From the NCBI GenBank assembly GCA_050951805.1, contig JBMNJT010000002.1, positions 128,001 to 192,000 of the forward strand: DNA of 64,000 nt. Direction: 5' to 3'. A model generated the notes under the pieces. It had not been told where the DNA came from, did not search any database, and saw only the letters and a program-made list of their open reading frames with translations. A program made the position numbers and the translations under genes. Positions 10,179 to 19,982 of the stretch are shown here, piece by piece; positions within the stretch are counted from its first letter, which is position 1, and the number at the start of each line of letters is the position of its first letter. The stretch is from Bacillota bacterium (GTDB lineage Bacteria; Bacillota; DTU025).

Positions 10179-11135
10179 ATGTCAGTAAGAAATGGCGAAA
10201 TACTTTTTGTCAAGTGTGTGAAGGACGGCATCCCCAATAGGGATCCACTGAATGAGAGCGATGCCAGACGGATCTTCGGTGAAGATGATGGTAGGATATC
10301 TCTTTCCGATGTGAGTATGAAGCGAGATGTTCGAGATTACGTTCAGGCGAAGTATCCAGACGGAGGCGACGACAAGCAGCACTTCATTTTTTGTCGCGAG
10401 GAGAGGCGCGACGATGGTAAGCTAATGGGTCGAGAGAGCTTAGCTCGGAGTATCATTGAAAGGGCCAACCTTGAGGATAAGGCGACCGTTAAGGATGCGC
10501 TGATGAAGGCTGCTTTCGATGTTCGGGTATTTGGAGCCGTCTACAGTGTGAAAAAAGAGGCATTTAATCAGACCGGTCCTGTGCAATTCGGCTGGGCACA
10601 TTCGCTTCATCCAGTCGAAACGAAATATGTACAGGGAACCGTCGTGATGCCAAGCGAGGACGTCAAAGCGACCGAGACAGGTGAAGAAGGCGGCAAAGGA
10701 CAAGGCACGATATGGACGAGCTATACTTTGCCGTTTGCGGTCTTTATCATGCCTGGAGTGATCAATGCAACAATCGGCAAAGACACAGGACTGTCAGCGT
10801 CTGATGTGGATTTGCTTCTGGAAGCTCTCTGGCTGGGCACTTTGCACCGACAGGCAAGAGGCCGCGGACTACAACAGCCAGTCTTTATGTTGCACGTTGA
10901 ATACGATGATCCGTTTTTCAGGCTCGGCTACCTTGAGGATTATGTCAAGCTGGAGCCTGAAAGGGATGTATGGCTCGGAGGTAATCCCCCGACGGCTCTA
11001 ACGGATGTGTCGCTAGATGTTACAAAGCTTGCGGATGTGCTTAATGGATGCAACCGAATTGCCAGGGTGCGGAGCTGGGTTGGGACAAGAGCGAACATCA
11101 TTGGGGATATTCCAGGGGAAGTCTGCAACTTTTAG
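10179..11135 (+). CDS. cas7: Cas7 backbone (Csh2/Cas7b)
   Basis: PNRDP...R, SDVSMKRDVRDY, DVRVFGAV, TGPVQFG. Confidence 0.93.
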   Translation: MSVRNGEILFVKCVKDGIPNRDPLNESDARRIFGEDDGRISLSDVSMKRDVRDYVQAKYPDGGDDKQHFIFCREERRDDGKLMGRESLARSIIERANLEDKATVKDALMKAAFDVRVFGAVYSVKKEAFNQTGPVQFGWAHSLHPVETKYVQGTVVMPSEDVKATETGEEGGKGQGTIWTSYTLPFAVFIMPGVINATIGKDTGLSASDVDLLLEALWLGTLHRQARGRGLQQPVFMLHVEYDDPFFRLGYLEDYVKLEPERDVWLGGNPPTALTDVSLDVTKLADVLNGCNRIARVRSWVGTRANIIGDIPGEVCNF

Positions 11136-11158
11136 TGGATGTAAGGGGGCAGGTTAGG

Positions 11159-11866
11159 TTGAAGGTTCTTTCATTTGACCTGCGGGGTGATGTTGGCCAT
11201 TTCCGTCGGCCTGATACTACCGTAACTCACGCTACATATCCGTTTATTACGCGGACCGTTCTCGCAGGGCTTTGCGCCTCTGTTATCGGGCGAGAGTCGC
11301 TGGACGGAGACAACTTTATGGGCATTCAACTGCTATCGAGGGCAAGGACCGTAGTGCAACAGATGTCGATGCTTGGAAAGGGCTGGTTAGGCAGCTCTAG
11401 CGGAACATTTAATAGACCTACGTCAATTGAACTAGTCGTGTCACCAAACTACAGGATCTACTATACGGGTCCCTATTTACAAGAATTGTTTGATATGATA
11501 TCCACTGGCAGAAGTGTATTTCATACTTATCTTGGCAGCGCATATTGCCTTACGTTTCCTCACAATGCTAGGCTCAGCGACTTAGAACGCATAGATCCTC
11601 ATCCGTATACAGCTGTTGAATCTGCCACTGTAGTTCCAACCCAGGCTATTCGAGAGCTTGTATTTACGGATGGCGCCGAATACGGCAGAGTCGGTGGGAT
11701 GCAATATCAGCGAATAGGAGACAGGAGTTTCGAAGGGACGGTCAACGTGATTTATGAGGTCAATGGTGGATCAGTGGTGTTCAGGAGTGTTGAATCCAGA
11801 AAGCGTGATGAGAAGCCATATATGATCCTTGCCCTTGACGAGTCGAGAGTTGTGACTCTTTGGTGA
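11159..11866 (+). CDS. cas5: Cas5
   Basis: TTG start; FDLRGDVGHFRRP...TYPFITRTVLAGLCASVIG; YLG motif. Confidence 0.9.
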   Translation: MKVLSFDLRGDVGHFRRPDTTVTHATYPFITRTVLAGLCASVIGRESLDGDNFMGIQLLSRARTVVQQMSMLGKGWLGSSSGTFNRPTSIELVVSPNYRIYYTGPYLQELFDMISTGRSVFHTYLGSAYCLTFPHNARLSDLERIDPHPYTAVESATVVPTQAIRELVFTDGAEYGRVGGMQYQRIGDRSFEGTVNVIYEVNGGSVVFRSVESRKRDEKPYMILALDESRVVTLW

Positions 11867-11926
11867 CTAGCGAGTATGATGCGTGCGTAGAAGTGTTTGT
11901 ATGATGTTGTCAGTCTGTAGGGATGG

Positions 11927-14371
11927 ATGGTCATGAGACTTATTCGTTTTGAAAAGTGCATTGCAAGGCCAGATAATGCAGATGGGTCCAAGAACATGCT
12001 TACAGATCATCTGGTGGCCACAGCGTTTGGTTGGGGCGATCCGTCTAGTCAAACCCTGACTTCTCTCAACTTTCTCGGCGGTCTGCTTCACGACGCGGGA
12101 AAAGCTAGATGGAGATGGCAGCGGTATATAGGAGATCGCCAGAGCGGTGGAAGGAGCTTTCCATCCGTTAATCACGCACCCCTTGGCTCTGCTGTTTTCA
12201 TGTATGCTGCTTCCAAACTTGTGGCCACTTGGGATCTTCGCCGCGAGGAGCTTTGGGAGGCGCGACGCCAAATCCTCCGAATTTCGCGAGACATATATGA
12301 TCACCATGGCGAGCTGGGCGACATTGAAGGGGAGCCGCCATGGGCAGCTACACTAACTTCTGATCATGTAGCTGAGTGCGATATGGGTGGGCTTTTTCAC
12401 TTCGTCAATTCCTATTTCCCGGGCCTTAAGCTTGACGGTGCGGAGTTTACTCAATGGCTGAGCAGGGCTCCCGAGATTTGGGAGACATGGGCTGCTAAGT
12501 GTGAATCGAGGTTCAGGGCTGAGCTAACTAGAAAGGTGAGTAGATTCTCTGTCGCAGCAAGCCACTGCGTGCGAATTCCAACGTCGGGCTTGATAGCTTC
12601 CGACAGATTGGACGCAGCCGGGATCTTGCCGGGCGCGGACTTGATTTCACCGGAGATGGCTGCTGAAGCTGAATCAAGATTACTGGATTATTGCTCAGCT
12701 CGAGCTGAGTCTTTTTCGGGTCAGAAAGGCCCTCGCAAACTCACATCGCTCCGTCAAATGGTGCAGGATGAATGTGTAAGGCGGTTTGTCGATTCTTCGT
12801 CGGCCCATATGTATACGCTTGTACTGCCTACAGGACTTGGCAAGACTCTAACCAGCCTAAGAGTGGCCTTGAAAGCTTGCCAATCTGGGATGTGCAGTCG
12901 AATAATCTATGTTGCTCCGTATTTGTCAATCTTGTCGCAAGCTACAAGAGAGGTAAGACATGCTACGGGACTTGAAGTTCTGGAACACCATCACCTATCC
13001 GCTATTTCCGTAATAGGTGCTGAAAACGAGGGCCTCAAAGACTGCTTGCCTACTGGCAATGATGATACGACGATGCTTGATTCTTGGCTTGCGCCAGTTG
13101 TAACTACAACTTTCAATCAGTTCTTCCGCGCTCTCTTTCCAGAGAGAGCACAGCATACGATGAGGCTTCAAGCCCTTCATGGAGCTTTTGTCATAATAGA
13201 TGAACCCCAAGTAATCGACAGATCTGCTTGGACTCTATTTCTGACTATGACTGAAGCCATGATCAAGCAGGCTAATGCCAAGCTGCTTTTCTCCACGGCT
13301 ACTCTGCCTCCGCTTCAGCCAGGGCTTTCGTCCGATCCTGTAATCCTTGCACCACCATACCTGGAGGTGGAATCAAGATACGAAGTGGATGTGCTCGAAT
13401 GGCCACTGGGGGAAGATGAGGTTGCCCAGATGGCAGCTGAAGCGGTAGGGGACGCAGGTTCGGTGGCGGTGATAATGAACACCGTAGGAGATGCATATGA
13501 GGTGTACAATCGTGTCCGAGGCCTCCTGCCGAAGGAGGTCTGTTTTTTATTGACAGGGGCGATGACAGCGCCTCATAAGGCGAAAAGGATAGACGAGATT
13601 AAGGCAGCCCTTAAGCAGGGGAGGCCTGTGTTGGCAATATGTACTCAGATCTTGGAATGTGGTGTCGATCTCAGTTTTGCACGCATGTTCAGAGCGGCGC
13701 CGGTGCTGCCGTCAATAGTGCAAGCTGCCGGGCGAGTGAACAGACATGCAGAGTTAGGGATTGGAAGAATCACTGTTTTCAGGTTTTTGCGAGGCGGAGA
13801 AGACGATACTCGTCGCTATGTGTATCGTTCAGGCCCCGTCAGGGAAGCGACGGATGTCTGTCTGGCAGCGTACCCTGCATGGGGGGAGCAGCAGTCTTCC
13901 GAGGTGTTGAACGAATACCATAGTCAAGTGATGGCCAGATCCACGGCGACTGAGTCACTTGAAGCACTGGTTGAGGCGGCGTGTGGCAGGTGGTCTGCTT
14001 TTGGAAGGGTGGATCCATTTGACGGCGACTACCCGCATGTTAGTGTCTTTGTGCCTTTCGGTGAAGATTTGCTGGATTCGCACGTCATGAGTCTGCTTCA
14101 ACGTTATGCTCCCATGGGGTTGGATCAGCTTTACGACCGCTACTTGGATCGTGGATTCCGTTCGAACCTTTCGTTCCGTGAGAGGAAGGAATTTATGGCG
14201 CTGATGCAACACTTCATTGTGCCTTTGGATGAGAAGTCTGCACATGGGAGAGTGGCGATTGATCCGGAGCGGCCTATAGCAATCCTTGCAGATAGGCGCG
14301 ACTATTGCGCAGAGACTGGGTTTGCACATCTCAAGTGTGAAGGCAACACGACCTCCCGCATAATGATATGA
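11927..14371 (+). CDS. cas3: Cas3 HD nuclease-helicase
   Basis: LTDHL, LHDAGK, Walker A PTGLGKT, DEPQ, STAT, QAAGRVNR. Confidence 0.95.
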   Translation: MVMRLIRFEKCIARPDNADGSKNMLTDHLVATAFGWGDPSSQTLTSLNFLGGLLHDAGKARWRWQRYIGDRQSGGRSFPSVNHAPLGSAVFMYAASKLVATWDLRREELWEARRQILRISRDIYDHHGELGDIEGEPPWAATLTSDHVAECDMGGLFHFVNSYFPGLKLDGAEFTQWLSRAPEIWETWAAKCESRFRAELTRKVSRFSVAASHCVRIPTSGLIASDRLDAAGILPGADLISPEMAAEAESRLLDYCSARAESFSGQKGPRKLTSLRQMVQDECVRRFVDSSSAHMYTLVLPTGLGKTLTSLRVALKACQSGMCSRIIYVAPYLSILSQATREVRHATGLEVLEHHHLSAISVIGAENEGLKDCLPTGNDDTTMLDSWLAPVVTTTFNQFFRALFPERAQHTMRLQALHGAFVIIDEPQVIDRSAWTLFLTMTEAMIKQANAKLLFSTATLPPLQPGLSSDPVILAPPYLEVESRYEVDVLEWPLGEDEVAQMAAEAVGDAGSVAVIMNTVGDAYEVYNRVRGLLPKEVCFLLTGAMTAPHKAKRIDEIKAALKQGRPVLAICTQILECGVDLSFARMFRAAPVLPSIVQAAGRVNRHAELGIGRITVFRFLRGGEDDTRRYVYRSGPVREATDVCLAAYPAWGEQQSSEVLNEYHSQVMARSTATESLEALVEAACGRWSAFGRVDPFDGDYPHVSVFVPFGEDLLDSHVMSLLQRYAPMGLDQLYDRYLDRGFRSNLSFRERKEFMALMQHFIVPLDEKSAHGRVAIDPERPIAILADRRDYCAETGFAHLKCEGNTTSRIMI

Positions 14372-14399
14372 ACCTCAGTGTATCCTTGGAGGGGTGCAG

Positions 14400-14909
14400 A
14401 TGCAGCAGGCTGGCTATGTGCATGTGACAGGAACCTTAGTGCGGTACTACTATGTCTGTAAACGACAGGTTTGGCTGCTGGCACATCAAATTGTGCCGGA
14501 CCAGGAGCATGAGGGCATAGTTGTGGGACGCCACATTCATGAGCATGCGTTCAAAAGGGAAAGGAAAGAGGTATGGCTGGAATCTGGGAAAATGGATATT
14601 GTCGGCATGAAGGATGGCAAACTAGTAGTAGGCGAGGTAAAGAAAAGCTCAAGAAGTGCAGATAGTGCACGAATGCAGCTCCTGTTCTACCTGGATGAAC
14701 TGAAAAATCGTGGCATAGAGGCCCGGGGCGAGTTGCGGTTTCCGAAAGAGAAGAGGCGTGAAGCGGTTGAGCTGACCGAGGACGCCATCGCGGAGCTTGA
14801 ACGAGTCAGAACTGAGATTCGCGAAATTGTGTGCATGGAAACACCGCCCAAAGCCCGGAGAATCAAGTACTGCAGAGGCTGTGCTTATGCAGAGTTGTGC
14901 TGGGCCTGA
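14400..14909 (+). CDS. cas4: Cas4
   Basis: YYYVCKRQVWL, GRHIHE, EVKKS, QLLFYL, C-terminal CRGCAYAELC. Confidence 0.95.
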   Translation: MQQAGYVHVTGTLVRYYYVCKRQVWLLAHQIVPDQEHEGIVVGRHIHEHAFKRERKEVWLESGKMDIVGMKDGKLVVGEVKKSSRSADSARMQLLFYLDELKNRGIEARGELRFPKEKRREAVELTEDAIAELERVRTEIREIVCMETPPKARRIKYCRGCAYAELCWA

Positions 14910-14941
14910 AAACCTATTACCTATCGGAGGGGAAGTGACAA

Positions 14942-15937
14942 TTGCGAAAAACAGTATTCGTATTTTCAGACGGCGAGCTCAAACGCAAACACAACACCGT
15001 GTTCTTTGAGACAGAGGATGGCGAAAAACGTTACCTGCCGATTCAAGACATAGGGGAGATAATGGCGTTTGGAGAGATTACTGTAAACAAGAGGCTGTTG
15101 GAGTTCCTTGGGAAGAAAGAGGTCATCCTCCATTTTTTCAACTACTATGGCTACTATATTGGCAGCTTTTATCCGAGGGAACATATGAACTCCGGTTACA
15201 TGACGCTTCGGCAAGCAGAGCACTATCTTGATCACGAAAAGCGAATTACGCTGGCCCGGCAATTTGTTTTAGGAGCAGCGCAAAACATGATTCAGGTGCT
15301 CAAGTACTATGAGAGGCGTGGGAGGCTGGGGAGTGAGATAAGACTTATCATTGAAGAATTGGCCGACGAATTGGATGCTTGCCATGACACGGATGAACTT
15401 ATGGGGATTGAGGGTAACATGCGAAACCATTATTACAAGGCTTTTGATCAGATACTTGACAATCCATTGTTTAGATTTGAGAAGCGTAGCCGGAGACCTC
15501 CCAGGAATCACATGAACACCCTTATAAGTTTTGGCAACTCCATCTTGTATACAATGGTGTTGAGTGAGATATATAAAACTCACTTGGATCCGCGCATTGG
15601 CTTCCTCCACGCCACGAACTTTCGCCGCTTCAGCCTCAATCTCGATATCGCGGAGATTTTCAAACCGATCATAGTTGATCGCACCATATTTACACTAGTT
15701 AACAGAAACCAGCTGACAGAGAGTGACTTTGAAAAAGAAATGGGCGGGATCATGCTCAAGGAATCTGGGAGGAAAACGTTTGTGGCAGAAATGGACCGGA
15801 AGCTAAGCACAACATTGACGCATGAGAAGACCGGCAGGCAAGTCTCGTATCGAAGGCTCATACGATTGGAGCTTTACAAGCTTCAAAAAAGTCTCATGGG
15901 CGAAGAGCCCTACCGCCCATACGTGGCTCGATGGTGA
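14942..15937 (+). CDS. cas1: Cas1 (type I-B)
   Basis: HFFNYYGYYIGSFYPRE, LMGIEG, RRPPRN, LDPRIGFLH, LDIAEIFKP. Confidence 0.97.
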   Translation: MRKTVFVFSDGELKRKHNTVFFETEDGEKRYLPIQDIGEIMAFGEITVNKRLLEFLGKKEVILHFFNYYGYYIGSFYPREHMNSGYMTLRQAEHYLDHEKRITLARQFVLGAAQNMIQVLKYYERRGRLGSEIRLIIEELADELDACHDTDELMGIEGNMRNHYYKAFDQILDNPLFRFEKRSRRPPRNHMNTLISFGNSILYTMVLSEIYKTHLDPRIGFLHATNFRRFSLNLDIAEIFKPIIVDRTIFTLVNRNQLTESDFEKEMGGIMLKESGRKTFVAEMDRKLSTTLTHEKTGRQVSYRRLIRLELYKLQKSLMGEEPYRPYVARW

Positions 15938-15946
15938 GGTGAAGGC

Positions 15947-16210
15947 GTGTACGTTATTCTTGTCTATGACGTTGATCAGTCTAGAACGTCAAAGATGCTG
16001 AAGAAGTGTCGTGAATACCTTTACTGGGTTCAAAACTCCGTCTTCGAAGGGGAAATTACCCGTGCGGACCTAGAAATGCTGAAGATGGAATTAGAAGAAA
16101 TCATGGATGTGGATGAAGATTCTGTGATCATCTACAGCCTGCGCTCGACCAAATACTCGTCAAAGGAAATTCTGGGAGTCGAGAAAGGTGGACGGGAGTT
16201 GATCATATGA
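15947..16210 (+). CDS. cas2: Cas2
   Basis: MYVILVYDV...YLYWVQNSVFEGEIT...DSVIIY. Confidence 0.97.
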   Translation: MYVILVYDVDQSRTSKMLKKCREYLYWVQNSVFEGEITRADLEMLKMELEEIMDVDEDSVIIYSLRSTKYSSKEILGVEKGGRELII

Positions 16211-16493
16211 AGAACAACTTGGCCGAATACCGTGGTGCGTTGCCGCAGATGTTGTGTTTTCGTTGGTACGCAAGCGTCAAATAACCCCTGCTTGATATTT
16301 GGGCTGGGGCCATTTGGCGGTTTAGTCGGGTTGCTTAGCTATAGGTTGGGACTTGTAGAGGTCCACAGGATCCAACTTACTACCGACTTGACCGATATCG
16401 ACGTCGCCAAGAAGCAGCACGAAGCTTGTGTCACTGATAACTAGAGTAGCTCGTTCCGAACACGCAGCCCAAAGCTGGCGCCTATTGCCGCTA

Positions 16494-18080
16494 AGTCACG
16501 TCCGATATAATGCTGTAAAAAGGCCTTAACCCTGTTGTGGTGGGTGGGGATGGGTATGGAAAGGCCACTGGTTCTCTAGTAGAATTGGAGCATGTAAGAA
16601 CCAATTATCTACTAGGAGGAGAACCAATGGCTACATATCAGATTAGCATATCCGAAGAGCAATTGCATGGACTTTTTGATGGGGACCGTGGGTTAGCAAA
16701 CCTTCTTGAATCAGTGCTTAACCAGGTGCTTGAAGCGCAGGCTACGGAGCAGCTTGGGGCAGAGCCTTATCAGAGAACTGAGGAGCGGACCGGGTATCGC
16801 AATGGGTCCAGAAGGCGACCCTTGGTGACGCGGGTGGGCTCAATTACCTTCGAGGTCCCTCAGTTTAGAGAGGGCAAGCTGGATACGGACCTTTTTGAAA
16901 GGTACCAGCGCAGCGAGCCCTGATTGCCACGCTTATTGGAACGGAGTGTCTACTCGTAAGATTCGAAAGATAACCCGCGAGCTATGTGGTGTGGACATCT
17001 CGGAATCCACAGTCTCAGACATGGTGAAGACGCTGGACCCTGCAGTGCGCGAATGGCGCGAACGTCATCTCGACAAAGAGCCATATCCATTTCTATTGGT
17101 TGATGCGATAGGGATCAAGATCCGCAATGGAGGCAGGATTTGGAATCACATGCCGTAGGCGTAAACTCTGAAGGCATGCGCGAGATTATCGGGTTCATGC
17201 GAGAAGGAAGACTCATGGCGCGAGTTCTTCAACTCTTTAAAGGCAAGGGGCCTTTCGGGCGTAGACCTTGTGGTGTCAGATGACCATGGAGGACTAGTCA
17301 ATGCTGTAGCAGTAGAGTTTCAGGGGGCATCATGGCAGCGTTGCCAGACTCATTTCACTAAGAACATCCTGGATGCGTGCCCCAAGGCAACTCCACTCCC
17401 GACTGCGCCTCATGTTTGAAGCGCCCGATATGGATACTGCCAGAGAATTGCTTGGTGGTGGCATCACCGCTGATTTCGCAGCTCGGGCCCCTAAGGCAAT
17501 CGACAGGCTTGAAGAAGGATTTGACGATGCAATGGCTGTAATGGTTCTACCCCAATGCCTCCGGAAAAGGCTGAGAACAACCAACTGTGTAGAGAGAGAT
17601 CCGAAGGCGGGAACGGGTGATAAGGATATTCCCAAACGGTGATTCGGCCATCAGGCTGCTTGGTGCTGCGCTTATCGAAAGGGATGAGTACCGCTCGCAG
17701 GTATCTCAACATGGCTGAGTATTGGCAATGGAAGCAGGCTTGTGAATCGGGCCAGGCAGAATCCTCGCTCCATGTCGCTTGAGGGTTAGCGCTTCTCGTT
17801 ACAATCCAAGCTGATGGCTATCGCTGACTCCGGCGCAGACCGAGAGGCAAGCAGAACCTAGCTAGAGATAAATATCTTGGCCATGGACGCAATTTGCCGC
17901 TAGGCCGAGCCGGAGTACAATACTCATTCGGCTTGGATAGAAAGTGCAAACCAGTCGAATGCGTCCAGTATACCAAGGAAGAGGAATTGGATGAAATTCG
18001 TCGGCAGTCCCGACTAGCTATCTATATAAACATGCTCCAGTAGAGGAGAACTGTTTTTACAGCACATTTCGGACTTGATC
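16494..18080 (+). mobile_element. IS256-family element (decayed)
   Basis: Imperfect terminal IRs: GTCCGATATAATGCTGTAAAA (16500-16520) and TTTTACAGCACATTTCGGACTTGATC (18055-18080). No clean target-site duplication. Confidence 0.8.
16627..17782 (+). pseudogene. IS256 transposase, multiply frameshifted
   Basis: Fragments include LNQVLEAQATEQLGAEPYQR..GYRNG, GVSTRKI, YPFLLVDA, VVSDDHGG, WQRCQTHF and LRTTN, spread over several frames with stops. Confidence 0.9.
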
Positions 18081-18689
18081 CCGCTCCCAAGCGTTCCATT
18101 CGAGGCTGTGCGGCTTGATGCTGCAGTATTAAACAACTATGCTCAATTCCGCTTCGAGTCGGAAACCTATTCAGCGCCACAGGGGAAACCACGGCAGAAG
18201 GTTTTGCTCAGTGTGTATTGGGATCGCATCGAGGTGCGGAACCGGGAAGGCGAAGCACTCACAACGCTGCCAAGGCACTACATGCTCAAAGAGCAACCTA
18301 TTGACTGGCTGGCCCATTTTGAGATCTACTCACGTAGGCCACGAGCCGCCGTGCATTCAGCTATGTTCCGCTATCTTCCGAAGGCGGTCCAAGCCTACCT
18401 CAAGGAGGCGAATGCATCGGAACGGTCAGCTAGAGTGCGGTTCGTGAGAGACATGCTGAAGATGTATTCCATAGACGAAGTAGCTGAGGCGCTTGAGGCG
18501 TTGCCAGCCGATAGGCGCGCCAACCCCGCGAACGTTGAGCTCAAGCTGTATGCGCTTAACCCCGAAAACGGGCTTCCCGAACCTATTGCCGAGGGATACA
18601 CGCCAATTGAAGTAGCAGCTTACAATCCAGATTCCGCAGTCTACGACAAGCTCTTACCTGCACGGGCTGAAGGAGTGGTCAAGCCATGA
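18081..18689 (+). pseudogene. istA: IS21 transposase IstA, C-terminal fragment only
   Basis: PLPSVPFE...FRFESETYSAP (IstA beta-barrel region). The DDE core is missing and the sequence begins exactly at the IS256 right end. Confidence 0.8.
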
Positions 18690-19477
18690 CAGACTCTTTG
18701 CTTCAGAAACAGTGCAAGATGCTCAAACTCGGTTCGGTGAGCCAGACCTACAATGAAATACCCTTTGAAAGCAGAGAGCAATTCCTGACTGATCTATTTG
18801 CAGAAGAGCTAAGAAACCGAGAGAAGAATCGAAACCGGCGAAGGTTAAAGCGTGCAGGGTTGCCGCAAACCAAGACGCTGGAGGAGTTCTCCTGTGACAA
18901 CATCATATTGCCGCCCCAAACCACGATAGAACATCTAACCGAACTGAGGTTCATCGATGAGAAGGAGTCCTTGATTTGCATGGGCGGCGTGGGGACAGGC
19001 AAAACTCATCTTGTGATAGCGCTGGGGCTTAAGGCTGTCCTCAGCGGAAAGGAGGTCCGATTCTTTCAGACAGTTGATCTGGCAAACCGCTTGCTGGAGA
19101 AGAACGCAAAAGGGACTCTTGGAAGCTTAATACGCGATCTCGAATCATGCGATCTGCTTATCGTGGATGAACTGGGCTTCTTGCCTCTACCCCGTCACGC
19201 AGCAGAGCTCTTGTTCCAAGTAATCGCCAGCTGCTATGAGCGCCGAAGCGTAGCCATCACTACGAACCTTGAGTTCGGACAATGGAACACGGTGATCAAC
19301 GACAGCCGGCTCACTGCCGCGCTCATTGACAGGCTTGTTCATCACGGACATGTGCTTGCATTCACAGGGGAGAGCTACCGTCTACGGCACGCCCTCTCCC
19401 AATTGCATGCCCCAGATGACGTTGGAGGCGCCCACCCCCAACAAAACACTATTTACAAAAACGACCCGGCCCAATAG
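18686..19477 (+). CDS. istB: IS21 helper ATPase IstB
   Basis: GGVGTGKTHL, LLIVDELGF, YERRS.AITTN, AALIDRLVHH, GESYR. Confidence 0.95.
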   Translation: MTDSLLQKQCKMLKLGSVSQTYNEIPFESREQFLTDLFAEELRNREKNRNRRRLKRAGLPQTKTLEEFSCDNIILPPQTTIEHLTELRFIDEKESLICMGGVGTGKTHLVIALGLKAVLSGKEVRFFQTVDLANRLLEKNAKGTLGSLIRDLESCDLLIVDELGFLPLPRHAAELLFQVIASCYERRSVAITTNLEFGQWNTVINDSRLTAALIDRLVHHGHVLAFTGESYRLRHALSQLHAPDDVGGAHPQQNTIYKNDPAQ

Positions 19478-19559
19478 GGCCCTGAGATCCGACCCCGGGC
19501 GTGGTGGTAGCCTATGCACTTTTTGACTGCCGAACTATGAACTTTTCGATTGCCAAACA

Positions 19560-19982
19560 GACTTCGGCGCAACTGAGCATGCACAAAATCTCCATGCAGA
19601 TCAACAGCGCCATGGTAGGGAAATATGCCAGACCAAATTGCATTTGCGAAAGTGCTGAGGCAGAGAGCAAGGCTGAATCAAGTGGAAAACATGGGTCAGA
19701 TTCAGGCTTGGACTTAGCACTTGAAAAGGTTAAGCGAGATCCATGTCGTATAAGTATGATAGACACGATTGTTTGTTACACAAGAGAACAATACCACATC
19801 AATGCTTGCCATTTCCGACAGCACTGTTGCTGTTGTCGACCTCCGATAGTGTAAAAACCCCGGGGGGTCGACAACACGCCAAAAGGCCACCATTTGCCTT
19901 GTAGCTGGGACAGGAGGGATAAAGCTATATATAGAATATTCAGAATACTATCTGCACCAAGACTAATCTGCAGTTAAAACGG
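19560..19982 (+). promoter_or_regulatory. CRISPR leader
   Basis: Non-coding. Contains the inverted repeat TGTTGTCGACCTCC...GGGGGGTCGACAACA (about 19831-19876), a motif typical of Firmicute I-B leaders, and an AT-rich stretch before the first repeat. Confidence 0.8.

Larger units (their letters stand above)
18081..19559 (+). mobile_element. IS21-family element, 5'-truncated
   Basis: istA 3' fragment plus istB. The right end has tandem 23-bp units ATGCACTTTTTGACTGCCGAACT/ATGAACTTTTCGATTGCCAAACA ending in CA at 19559. Confidence 0.85.

Noticed and set aside
11915-11930. AGGGATGGA repeat-like match before cas3
   Set aside because: Explained by the ribosome-binding site and start codon.
17481-17505. 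10-nt match of the mini-array spacer within the IS256 pseudogene
   Set aside because: A short match in decayed coding sequence with no promoter context, compatible with chance.
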